A DNA stretch of 64,000 nt, taken from an uncultured Prevotella sp. (lineage in GTDB: Bacteria; Bacteroidota; Bacteroidia; Bacteroidales; Bacteroidaceae). Positions within the stretch are counted from its first letter, which is position 1; each line of letters starts with the position of its first letter. The translations under genes and the position numbers were made by a program. Of this stretch, positions 8,890 to 17,905 are shown piece by piece. Where the stretch lies: assembly GCA_902497035.1 (NCBI GenBank), contig CABVDL010000003.1, positions 2,836 to 66,835 on the forward strand, in the 5' to 3' direction. The notes beneath the pieces were generated by a model. It was given only the letters and a program-made list of their open reading frames with translations, had not been told where the DNA came from and made no database searches.

Positions 8890-10887
8890 ATGACACTTCA
8901 CCGTACCTTTCTTCTGTTCCTGCTGCCGGCCCTGCTGACAGGCTGCCGCGACGCCTACGACATCATCATGCCGGAGCAGGTGCGGGTGGACAGCATACGC
9001 ACCGCCGCCCGGGTGGCGGGCTTCTATCTGCTCAACGAGGGCAACATGGGGTCGAACAAGGCCTCGCTCGACTACTACGACTGTGTATCGGGTATCTATA
9101 CGCGAAACAGATATACGGGAGCCAACCCGACGGTGACTATGGAGCTGGGCGATGTCGGCAACGACCTGCAGAGCTACGGCAACCGGCTCTACGCAGTCAT
9201 CAACTGCTCCAACAAGATAGAGGTAATGGACCTGCGCACGGCCAGGCGCATAGGGCAGGTCAACCTGCCCAACTGCCGCTACATCGCCTTCGCCGGAGGC
9301 TATGCCTACGCCACTTCCTATGCGGGTCCCGTAGAAGTCAACCCTGACTACCGCCAACGGGGCTACGTGGCAAAGATTGACACGGCGACACTGAAGATTG
9401 TCGATACCTGCCTCGTGGGCTACCAGCCCGACGGCATAGGCGTGGCCGACGGCAAGCTCTACGTGGCCAACTCGGGCGGCTACATGGCGCCCCACTACGA
9501 GCGCGCGCTGTCGGTCATCGACCTCACCACGTTCAAGGAGACGGGGCGCATCGACGTGGCTGTCAACCTCAACCGTGTCGTCACCGACAGCCACCACCAG
9601 CTGTGGGTAGCCAACCGCGGCGACTACCGCTCCACAGCCGCTAAGCTCTACTGCATCGACACTCGCGCCGATGCCCTCACCGACAGCCTCGACGTGGCCG
9701 TGGGCAACTGGTGGCTCGACGGCGACTCGCTCTACATCTGCGGAAAGCAGACCAACGCCCTCACCCATGCCCAGCAGACCACGTACGCCATCGTGGATGT
9801 CGCGACCCACAGGCAGGTGAGCAGCCAGCTTATAGCCGACGGCACGGAGCAGCGCATACACACGCCCTACTGCATCTTTGTCAATCCGGAGACTAAGGAC
9901 TTCTATATCGGCGATGCCAAGAGCTACATCACGCCGGGCGACCTCTACTGCTTCAACCGCGACGGCGGCCTGAAATGGCACGTGGCAACGGGTGACATTC
10001 CCGCCCATGCGGTGTTTCTCACCGACGCGGCAGCCGGAGGCGGCGGCGACAGCGGGCCGTCAACGGCGGGCAGCGCCTATATCTCAAAGGTGTTTGAATA
10101 CCGGCCCGCGCCGGGGCAGTTCATCAACGAGGCACCCGAATACGCGGCGGGTGACGACGACGAGGCCATGCGCCGGAAAGCCGAGCAGTACATCGCAGGC
10201 ACCGCCGCAACGCCGCTCTCCTTAGGCGGCTTCGGCGGGTACGTGGTGTTCGGCTTCGACCACAAGATTAAAAACGTCAGCGGACAGCGCGACTTCCAGG
10301 TCATGGGCAACGCCATCAGTTCCGACCGCACCACGAGGCGGCCGGGCGGCAGCTCCGAGCCGGGCATCATCATGGTGAGCGAGGATGTCAACGGCAACGG
10401 ACTGCCCGACGACCCGTGGTACGAGATAGCCGGCAGCGAATACCACAACGCGCAGACCATACACAACTACTCCATCACCTACACGCGCGGCAACGACGAC
10501 ATCAGCTGGACCGACAGCGAGGGACGCAGCGGCACCATAGGCCGCAACGAATGGCATACCCAGCAGAGCTACTTCCCGATGTGGATGAAAGAAGACCAAC
10601 TCACATTCACCGGCACCCGGCTGCCCGACAACGGAGCCGACGAGATTGGCGACGGCTCGTATTTCGTCCAGTACTTCTACGACTACGGCTACGCCGACAG
10701 CCGGCCCAACAGCGACCCGCAGTCACAGGTTGACATCGACTGGGCCGTGGACGCCAACGGCCGGAGCGTACACCTCAAAGGCATCAACTTCGTCAAAGTC
10801 TATACCGGCATCAACCAGCAATGCGGATGGCTGGGCGAGACCAGCACCGAGGTGACGGGAGCCAAAGACTTGCACTGGAACAATTAA
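8890..10887 (+). CDS. Surface lipoprotein: YncE-type beta-propeller (BtuG-like) fused to a C-terminal BtuH-like domain
   Basis: Lipobox LLTGC; LLNEGNMGSNKASLDY and ELGDVGND propeller motifs; Gly-rich linker; second domain EYRPAPGQFIN...SLGGFGGY...GWLGETSTE. Confidence 0.75.
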   Translation: MTLHRTFLLFLLPALLTGCRDAYDIIMPEQVRVDSIRTAARVAGFYLLNEGNMGSNKASLDYYDCVSGIYTRNRYTGANPTVTMELGDVGNDLQSYGNRLYAVINCSNKIEVMDLRTARRIGQVNLPNCRYIAFAGGYAYATSYAGPVEVNPDYRQRGYVAKIDTATLKIVDTCLVGYQPDGIGVADGKLYVANSGGYMAPHYERALSVIDLTTFKETGRIDVAVNLNRVVTDSHHQLWVANRGDYRSTAAKLYCIDTRADALTDSLDVAVGNWWLDGDSLYICGKQTNALTHAQQTTYAIVDVATHRQVSSQLIADGTEQRIHTPYCIFVNPETKDFYIGDAKSYITPGDLYCFNRDGGLKWHVATGDIPAHAVFLTDAAAGGGGDSGPSTAGSAYISKVFEYRPAPGQFINEAPEYAAGDDDEAMRRKAEQYIAGTAATPLSLGGFGGYVVFGFDHKIKNVSGQRDFQVMGNAISSDRTTRRPGGSSEPGIIMVSEDVNGNGLPDDPWYEIAGSEYHNAQTIHNYSITYTRGNDDISWTDSEGRSGTIGRNEWHTQQSYFPMWMKEDQLTFTGTRLPDNGADEIGDGSYFVQYFYDYGYADSRPNSDPQSQVDIDWAVDANGRSVHLKGINFVKVYTGINQQCGWLGETSTEVTGAKDLHWNN

Positions 10888-10909
10888 TCATCATCAAATC
10901 ATAACCATC

Positions 10910-11674
10910 ATGTTATCATTAAAACAACTTTTCCCAATGGTGGCACTGGCCACCGCAGTAGCATTCACTTTCACCGCCTGCAGCGATGACGACGGCAACA
11001 ACATTGAGCAGCCCAGCTACGACGCCAACTTCGACGACGTAGTCTTGGGCGGCGACAGCGTGCTGAGCATCACCTCGGGCAGCAGCTTCACCTCGCACGG
11101 CTACACGTTCCACTACACCTACAACGCACAATACCAGTCATGGTCGGGCTTCACGGTCTCGGGCAAGAAAGACACATCGTTCAAGGACTACACCACCGAC
11201 AAGAACAGCTGCGTGGGCCACGGCTTCAACGGCAACTTTGCCGTGTACTATCCCACCTGGGGCACGCCTTCCACCATCGACATGCCGGGCAACACGCCCA
11301 TTACCGTGCGCGGCTTCTACGGCGCCGTGAACACCTACGTGCAGAACTCCATCCTCAATGGCGACGGCTACAGCAAAAAGTTTACACAAGGCAGCTGGCT
11401 GCGTCTCGACTGCATCGGCATCAAGGCCGACGGCACGCAGGACACCGTCTCCTACTACCTGGCCGAATATCTCGGAAAGCAGCTCAACTATGTCCGCGAC
11501 TGGACTTGGTTCGACCTCACGCCGCTTGGCGACGTGAAGCAGGTGTATTTCGCCTTTGACGGCAGCGACAAGGGAGCTTACGGCCTCAACACTCCAACCT
11601 ACCTGCTGCTCGACGAGTTCAACGGCCTCTACGACAACAAGCACGCCGTAGCCACAAGAGTAACAAGAAAGTAA
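10910..11674 (+). CDS. DUF4465 lipoprotein (BtuJ-like, probable corrinoid binding)
   Basis: Lipobox FTAC-SDDD; WSGFTVS and GSDKGAYGLNTPTYLLLD motifs typical of DUF4465; last gene of the B12 operon. Confidence 0.72.
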   Translation: MLSLKQLFPMVALATAVAFTFTACSDDDGNNIEQPSYDANFDDVVLGGDSVLSITSGSSFTSHGYTFHYTYNAQYQSWSGFTVSGKKDTSFKDYTTDKNSCVGHGFNGNFAVYYPTWGTPSTIDMPGNTPITVRGFYGAVNTYVQNSILNGDGYSKKFTQGSWLRLDCIGIKADGTQDTVSYYLAEYLGKQLNYVRDWTWFDLTPLGDVKQVYFAFDGSDKGAYGLNTPTYLLLDEFNGLYDNKHAVATRVTRK

Positions 11675-11704
11675 AGAAGTGAGGAGAATTTAGAAATCCC
11701 GATA

Positions 11705-11755
11705 GCAGTGTATTGGCCGGGCTGGTGGCCGGCACCAGGCCGGCCAATACACTGC
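11705..11755. terminator. Long GC-rich hairpin between the convergent btu operon and lpxB
   Basis: GCAGTGTATTGGCCGG (11705-11720) pairs perfectly with CCGGCCAATACACTGC (11740-11755); inner CTGGTG/CACCAG stem. No clear U-tract. Confidence 0.55.
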
Positions 11756-11829
11756 CAACGAAGAAGTGTGAAAATGAGCAGGAGGAAAGCATGGCTTTAC
11801 ATCTCATACATCATGCAAGACCGTCTGCC

Positions 11830-12993
11830 CTACCTTGACCCACGCTGGCCGTTGCTGAGCTTGTCAACCATAATGCGCGCAGCCTCATCGGGAGCCACGC
11901 GGTCGCCCAGACGGCGGCTCACCTCGTCGTAGCCGCGCAGCATGGTCTCACGGTCGGACTGGCCTGGCAACAGGCGACGGGTCCAGTCGCGGATGTTGGT
12001 CACCGTGAAACGGTCGGCAAACAGCTCGGGCACCACCTCACGGCCTGCAATGAGATTGACCAGACTGATAAAAGGACACTTGATGATATGGTTGAAGCCC
12101 CACCGCATGAGCCTTGGCAGCGGTGTCTTGTAGCACACCACCTGCGGCACGCGGAACAGTGCCGTCTCCAGCGTGGCCGTGCCGCTCGTCACCAGCGCCA
12201 CCGTAGCATGGGCAAGCAAGGCATAAGTGTCGTCGAAGATGAGCCGCAGCCGGCCGTCACCCATGAACGGCGCGTAATAGTCGCGGTCAATCGACGGCGC
12301 GCCGGCTATGACAGCCTGAAAGTCACGAAGCAGGTCCGCCGTCAGACTGGCAGACATGGCAGGGAGGTTGTCCTTAATCTCCTGTTTACGGCTGCCCGCG
12401 AGAAGCGCGATGATGGGCTTGCGCTCATCGAGACGGTGGCGGCGGCAGAACGATTTCTGGTCCTCATGATAGCCGGCAAGAAACGCCCGCACTTCCTCGG
12501 CTGTGGGATTTCCGACATAATGGATGGGATAATGGTGCCTTTCCTCATAGAACGGCACCTCGAAAGGCAGGATGGAGAACAGCTCGTCCACATCGCGGCG
12601 GATGCGCTTAATGCGCCACTCCTTCCACGCCCAAATCTTCGGGGAGATGTAATAATAAACGGGAATATGGGTGTGGCTGTGTACAAACTTCGCGATGCCG
12701 AGGTTAAATCCCGGGTAATCGACGAGGATGACCACATCGGGCTGCCAGGCCACGATGTCGCGCTTGCACAGCGCCATGTTGCGGAAGATGGCAGGCAGAT
12801 GGAGCAGCACCGGCACGAACCCCATGTAGGCCAGCTCCTTATAGTGGCGCACGCGGTGTCCGCCCACGCGCGCCATGAGGTCGCCGCCAAAGAAGCGGAA
12901 CTCAGCTGCGGCGTCGTACGTCCTCAGGCTTTGCATCAGCCGCGAGGCATGAAGGTCGCCCGAGGCCTCGCCTACAATGAGGTAATATTTCAT
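11830..12993 (-). CDS. lpxB: Lipid-A-disaccharide synthase
   Basis: GEASGDLH, DYPGFN, SPKIWAW, GSRKQEI and SGTATLE motifs. Confidence 0.96.
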   Translation of the reverse strand: MKYYLIVGEASGDLHASRLMQSLRTYDAAAEFRFFGGDLMARVGGHRVRHYKELAYMGFVPVLLHLPAIFRNMALCKRDIVAWQPDVVILVDYPGFNLGIAKFVHSHTHIPVYYYISPKIWAWKEWRIKRIRRDVDELFSILPFEVPFYEERHHYPIHYVGNPTAEEVRAFLAGYHEDQKSFCRRHRLDERKPIIALLAGSRKQEIKDNLPAMSASLTADLLRDFQAVIAGAPSIDRDYYAPFMGDGRLRLIFDDTYALLAHATVALVTSGTATLETALFRVPQVVCYKTPLPRLMRWGFNHIIKCPFISLVNLIAGREVVPELFADRFTVTNIRDWTRRLLPGQSDRETMLRGYDEVSRRLGDRVAPDEAARIMVDKLSNGQRGSR

Positions 12994-13793
12994 AAGTCCA
13001 TCTGTCTGAGTCGGTCAAGGAAACGATAGTCGGTCACGTCCACCGTGGTCGGCGTGATGGCCACGTAGCCGTGGTTGAGCGCCCACTGGTCGGTGTCGGT
13101 GGCCTCCGGCTCGTCGTTGCGGTACTCGCCCACCATCCAGTAATAGTCGTAGCCGCGCAGGTGGTGCCGCTTGTCCACCTCGTTGATCCAGCTTCCCCAT
13201 GTCATGCGCGTGGCCCTGACCCCCACGAACTCCTCGCGGGCGGGGAAGTTCACGTTGAGACAGACACCCTTGGGCAGTCCCTCGTCCAGCACGCGCCCCA
13301 CTATCCTCTCCACATAGGGACGCAGGGGCATGAGGTTGGCGTCCTCATTGTAGTAGCAGCTGGAGAAGGCCACCGACGGAATATATTTCATGCAGCCCTC
13401 CATGGCGGCACCCATCGTGCCGCTGTAGTGATTGTTGACCGACGAGTTGTCGCCGTGGTTGATGCCGCTCAGGATGATGTCGGGGCGGCGGTCGGCACAG
13501 AGCTGGTCGAGGGCCAGCTTCACGCAGTCGACAGGAGTGCCGGAGCACGACCACACCTCAGTCTCACCCATGTTGTGGCGCCGCTTCAGACGGAGGAAGT
13601 CAGCTGCCGAGAAGGCGCACGAGTAGCCAGAGCGCGCGCGCTCGGGCGCCACGACAAGCACGTCGCCCAACGGCTTGGCAAAGGCGGCTAAATGGCGGAT
13701 GCCCTCCGAATGGTAGCCGTCGTCGTTGGTGATGAGAATGAGCGGACGGCGGTGGGCTGACTGAGATGCGGTGTCAGAAATATGATTTTGCAT
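12990..13793 (-). CDS. surE: 5'/3'-nucleotidase SurE
   Basis: ILITNDDG, GTPVDCV, SGINHGDN and YSGTMGAAMEG motifs. Confidence 0.96.
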   Translation of the reverse strand: MQNHISDTASQSAHRRPLILITNDDGYHSEGIRHLAAFAKPLGDVLVVAPERARSGYSCAFSAADFLRLKRRHNMGETEVWSCSGTPVDCVKLALDQLCADRRPDIILSGINHGDNSSVNNHYSGTMGAAMEGCMKYIPSVAFSSCYYNEDANLMPLRPYVERIVGRVLDEGLPKGVCLNVNFPAREEFVGVRATRMTWGSWINEVDKRHHLRGYDYYWMVGEYRNDEPEATDTDQWALNHGYVAITPTTVDVTDYRFLDRLRQMDL

Positions 13794-13918
13794 ATTCAAA
13801 TGACTTAATGGAGGTTAAAACAGAATACAACGGGGCCGGGCCGGTACCCCGACAAAAGATTTTCTGCTGCAAAAGTACGAAAAAAGGTTTAAACAGATGC
13901 TTTCTCAAACAAAATATG

Positions 13919-13926
13919 TATCTTTG
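13919..13926 (+). promoter_or_regulatory. -7 promoter element (TATCTTTG) for the parA operon
   Basis: TAnnTTTG in an AT-rich divergent intergenic region. Confidence 0.6.
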
Positions 13927-13977
13927 CAGTTAACAATGCGCCCTATACGTAGGGGGAAAAGAAAAAAACGAAAGAAA

Positions 13978-14742
13978 ATGGCAAAAATCATTGCTATCGC
14001 AAACCAGAAAGGCGGCGTGGGCAAGACCACGACAGCCATCAACCTGGCTGCCTCGCTGGCCACATTGGAGAAATCGGTACTCATCGTTGACGCTGACCCG
14101 CAGGCCAACGCCTCAAGCGGACTCGGTGTCGACATCAGCCAGGTGGACTGCTCACTCTATGAGTGCATCATTGACCATGCTGATGTCAGGGACGCCATCT
14201 ACACCACCGACATCGACAAGCTCGACATCATCCCAAGCCATATCGACCTCGTTGGTGCGGAGATTGAGATGCTCAACCTTGACAACCGCGAGAAGGTCAT
14301 CAAGGGCATCCTCGACCCCCTACGGCCGGAATACGACTATATCCTTATCGACTGCTCACCCTCGCTGGGCCTGATTACCGTCAACGCGCTCACGGCCGCC
14401 GACTCGGTCATCATTCCCGTGCAGTGTGAGTATTTCGCCCTCGAGGGTATCAGCAAGCTGCTCAACACCATCAAGATCATCAAGAGCCGCCTCAACCCGA
14501 AACTCGAGATAGAGGGCTTCCTGCTGACAATGTTTGACAGCCGCCTGCGCCTGGCCAACCAGATCTACGACGAGGTGAAGCGCCATTTCCAGGAGCTGGT
14601 GTTCAAGGCCATTATCCGGCGCAACGTGAAGCTCTCTGAGGCTCCCAGCCATGGCCTGCCCGCCATTCTCTACGACGCCGACTCACAGGGTGCCAAGGAC
14701 CATCTGATGCTCGCTAAGGAGATTATTGAGAAGAACGCATAA
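13978..14742 (+). CDS. parA: Chromosome partitioning ATPase ParA/Soj
   Basis: [25 protein letters not shown] and [11 protein letters not shown] motifs. Confidence 0.96.
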   Translation: MAKIIAIANQKGGVGKTTTAINLAASLATLEKSVLIVDADPQANASSGLGVDISQVDCSLYECIIDHADVRDAIYTTDIDKLDIIPSHIDLVGAEIEMLNLDNREKVIKGILDPLRPEYDYILIDCSPSLGLITVNALTAADSVIIPVQCEYFALEGISKLLNTIKIIKSRLNPKLEIEGFLLTMFDSRLRLANQIYDEVKRHFQELVFKAIIRRNVKLSEAPSHGLPAILYDADSQGAKDHLMLAKEIIEKNA

Positions 14743-14745
14743 ACT

Positions 14746-15636
14746 ATGGCAGTACACAAGAAATTCAACGCTTTAGGACGCGGCCTCGACGCGCTGATCT
14801 CCACCGACGCCGTGCGCACGCAAGGCTCGTCGACCATCAACGAGATACCGCTCGACCAGATTGAGCCCAACAGCAACCAGCCGCGCAGCCTATTTGATGA
14901 CGAGAAGCTGCAGGAGCTGGCCAACAGCATACGCCAGATTGGCATCATCCAGCCCATCACCCTGAGGCAGACCGCCGAGAACCGCTTCCAGATCATCGCC
15001 GGAGAGCGGCGCTGGCGCGCCTCGCAGATGGCCGGACTGAAGACCATTCCCGCCTACATACGCACCATCAACGACCAGAACGTGATGGAGATGGCTCTCG
15101 TGGAGAACATCCAGCGCGAGGACCTCAACCCCATTGAGATTGCGCTGGCCTACGAGCATCTGCTTGAGAACACGGGCATGACGCAGGAGAAAGTGTCGGA
15201 GCGCGTGGGCAAGAGCCGCTCGGCCATCACCAACTACCTGCGCCTGCTGAAGTTGCCCGCCCAGGTCCAGATATCTTTGCAGAAAAAGGAAATAGACATG
15301 GGGCACGCCCGCGCGCTGCTCGCGCTCGACAGTCCGTCACTTCAGCTGAAGGTGTTCAAGGAGACGATGAAGAACGGATGGTCCGTGAGAAAGGTCGAGG
15401 AGGTGGTGAACAGCCTGAAAAACGGTGAGGACATCGACAGCGGCAACAAGAAAATAAAGACCAAGGCACAGTTGCCCGAACCGCTCGCCGCCCTGCGCGA
15501 CCGCCTGTCGCAGACCCTCAACGCCAAGGTGCAGCTGGCCTGCTCGGCCAAGGGCAAGGGCAAGATCAGCATCGCCTTCGCCAACCAGGAGGAGCTGCAG
15601 CGCATCATGGACATCCTGGACAATCTGAAACAATAA
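14746..15636 (+). CDS. parB: Chromosome partitioning protein ParB/Spo0J
   Basis: LGRGLDAL, IIAGERRWRA, ENIQREDL and HTH GKSRSAITNYLRLL. Confidence 0.96.
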   Translation: MAVHKKFNALGRGLDALISTDAVRTQGSSTINEIPLDQIEPNSNQPRSLFDDEKLQELANSIRQIGIIQPITLRQTAENRFQIIAGERRWRASQMAGLKTIPAYIRTINDQNVMEMALVENIQREDLNPIEIALAYEHLLENTGMTQEKVSERVGKSRSAITNYLRLLKLPAQVQISLQKKEIDMGHARALLALDSPSLQLKVFKETMKNGWSVRKVEEVVNSLKNGEDIDSGNKKIKTKAQLPEPLAALRDRLSQTLNAKVQLACSAKGKGKISIAFANQEELQRIMDILDNLKQ

Positions 15637-15653
15637 ATCTGAGGATACCACCG

Positions 15654-16406
15654 GTGAATACGTTGCATTCCATTGTCATGGCCACAGTCCTGTTGCTCAG
15701 TCTCGGTTGTGTGCAGGCCGCCCGTGCGCAAGACAAAAAGGCGCCGGCGGCGCCGGCACGTCATCTCAGCGCTGCTGAGATTGGCGAGGACACACTGAAG
15801 GCCGAGGCACTGCTGCCCGCTGACACACTCGCGGCCAAAGACAAGACGCTCACGGCTGCCCTGCCCGATACCGTCACACGCCACAAGCGCAACTGGGCTA
15901 CATGGAAGCCCGAGGCCAAGCGCGCCCTGTGGCTGGCGCTCGTGCTGCCCGGCGCCGGACAAATATATAACCGCAAATACTGGAAACTGCCCATCTTCTA
16001 TGGCGGATTTGTAGGCTGCGCCTATGCCATGAGATGGAACAACATGATGTACCGCGACTACAGCCAGGCCTATCTCGACATTATGGACGACGACCCCAAC
16101 ACACAGAGCTACAACCAGTTTCTGCACTTAGGGACGACCATCGACGAGACCAACAAGTCAAGATGGCAGGACATCTTCCGTCAGCGCAAGGACCGCTACC
16201 GCCGCTGGCGCGACCTGAGCTTCTTTGTCATGGTGGGCGTCTATGCCCTCTCCGTCATCGACGCCTACGTCGACGCCTCGCTGTCGGAGTTTGACATCTC
16301 GCCCGACCTCAGCCTGCACGTGGCGCCGGCCGTGCTCAGCAACGGCCAGAACGGCAACCTGCTGCGCAACACAGGAGTGGGCATGCAGTGCGCCATCACT
16401 TTCTAA
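15654..16406 (+). CDS. DUF5683 family protein
   Basis: LPGAGQIYNRKYWKLPIFYG and IDAYVDA motifs; conserved position after parB in Bacteroidota. Confidence 0.8.
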   Translation: MNTLHSIVMATVLLLSLGCVQAARAQDKKAPAAPARHLSAAEIGEDTLKAEALLPADTLAAKDKTLTAALPDTVTRHKRNWATWKPEAKRALWLALVLPGAGQIYNRKYWKLPIFYGGFVGCAYAMRWNNMMYRDYSQAYLDIMDDDPNTQSYNQFLHLGTTIDETNKSRWQDIFRQRKDRYRRWRDLSFFVMVGVYALSVIDAYVDASLSEFDISPDLSLHVAPAVLSNGQNGNLLRNTGVGMQCAITF

Positions 16407-16416
16407 CAGAAAAACA

Positions 16417-17886
16417 ATGAACTTGAAAAGACACCTTATATTATTACTGCTCGGCGCCATGGCCGTCACCACCCGGGCGCAGAACGACGGAAAGAGCATC
16501 ACCGTCACCGACGAGCAGGGACGGCAGGAGGAAATCAACCTGCCCCAGTCGATGACGACCAGGCTCGACAGCCTGATGAAGCTCTACAACGCCAAGCTCT
16601 ACCTGCGGCCCGACTCCGACTGCAACATGCCCGACATCAATCCCATCTATGACCCGGAAGTGTATAAGGACCGTCTCTCACGCCTGCCGACCGTCATCGA
16701 GATGCCCTACAACAGCATCGTGCAGGCTTTCATCGACCGCTATACAGGCGACCTGCGGCGCAACGTGGCCTACATGCTCGGCGCACAGAACTTCTACATT
16801 CCCGTCTTCGAAGAGGCGCTCGAGACCTATGGTCTCCCGCTGGAACTGAAATACCTACCCGTCATCGAGTCGGGACTCGACCCCACGGCCCGCTCACGCG
16901 TCGGAGCCGTCGGGCTGTGGCAGTTCATGCTCTCCACCGCACGCCGCTACAATCTCAAGGTAAACTCGCTCGTCGACGAAAGGCGCGACATCGTGAAGTC
17001 GTCGTATGCCGCGGCACATTACCTGAGCGACCTCTATAAGATCTACAACGACTGGAACCTCGTCATCGCCGCCTACAACTGCGGCCCCGACAAGATCAAC
17101 AAGGCCATACGCCGCTCACACGGCGAGCGCGACTACTGGAAGATTTATCCCCGCCTGCCGCAGGAGACACGCGGCTATGTGCCGGCGTTCATCGCCGCCA
17201 ACTACGTGATGACCTACTACTGCGACCACAACATCTGCCCGCTCAACAGCTCGCTGCCCGCCCGCACCGACACGGTGATGGTTGACCGGGACATCCACTT
17301 CGAGCAAATAGCCCACGTCTTGGGCATCGACATCGAGCAGCTGGAAGATCTCAATCCGCAGTACCGGCGCAATCTGGTCAACGGCCATTCCGAGCTGTCG
17401 TCACTGCGCCTGCCGGCCTCGCTCATCAGCCAGTTCATCGACAAGGAGGACTCCATCCTCGCCTTCAACCCCAAAAACTACAGGCCGAAGCGCAGCGAGG
17501 TGCGCGTGGCCGACAACGCCACTTATCTCGTGAAGAAAAACCAGGTGGAGCGCATCCCCCTGAATGCGGAACCCAAGAAAGGCACCGCAGCCGCCAACAA
17601 TGACAGCAACGACACCAACGACGGGCAGGCCGCACCGCAAAATGACAGCCGCAAGTCATACTCATCGGGAAACCGCAGCAGCCGCAGCTCAAAAAGCAGC
17701 AGGTCAGGCAAATCAAAGTCGAAGTCGAAGACATCTAAGACCAAGGCCAAACACGTCACCGTGAAGTCGGGCGACACGCTGGGCGAGATTGCCGAGCGCA
17801 ACCACACCTCGGTGAGGAAGCTGCGTCAGCTCAACGGCATCAAGGGCAGCAACATCGTTGTGGGCGACAAACTGAGAGTGAAATAA
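16417..17886 (+). CDS. MltD-like lytic transglycosylase with C-terminal LysM
   Basis: LPVIES, GLWQFM, AAYNCG and ETRGYVP SLT motifs; LysM VKSGDTLGEIA. Start at ATG 16417. Confidence 0.9.
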   Translation: MNLKRHLILLLLGAMAVTTRAQNDGKSITVTDEQGRQEEINLPQSMTTRLDSLMKLYNAKLYLRPDSDCNMPDINPIYDPEVYKDRLSRLPTVIEMPYNSIVQAFIDRYTGDLRRNVAYMLGAQNFYIPVFEEALETYGLPLELKYLPVIESGLDPTARSRVGAVGLWQFMLSTARRYNLKVNSLVDERRDIVKSSYAAAHYLSDLYKIYNDWNLVIAAYNCGPDKINKAIRRSHGERDYWKIYPRLPQETRGYVPAFIAANYVMTYYCDHNICPLNSSLPARTDTVMVDRDIHFEQIAHVLGIDIEQLEDLNPQYRRNLVNGHSELSSLRLPASLISQFIDKEDSILAFNPKNYRPKRSEVRVADNATYLVKKNQVERIPLNAEPKKGTAAANNDSNDTNDGQAAPQNDSRKSYSSGNRSSRSSKSSRSGKSKSKSKTSKTKAKHVTVKSGDTLGEIAERNHTSVRKLRQLNGIKGSNIVVGDKLRVK

Positions 17887-17905
17887 GTTACAAGGGATAG
17901 CTGCT

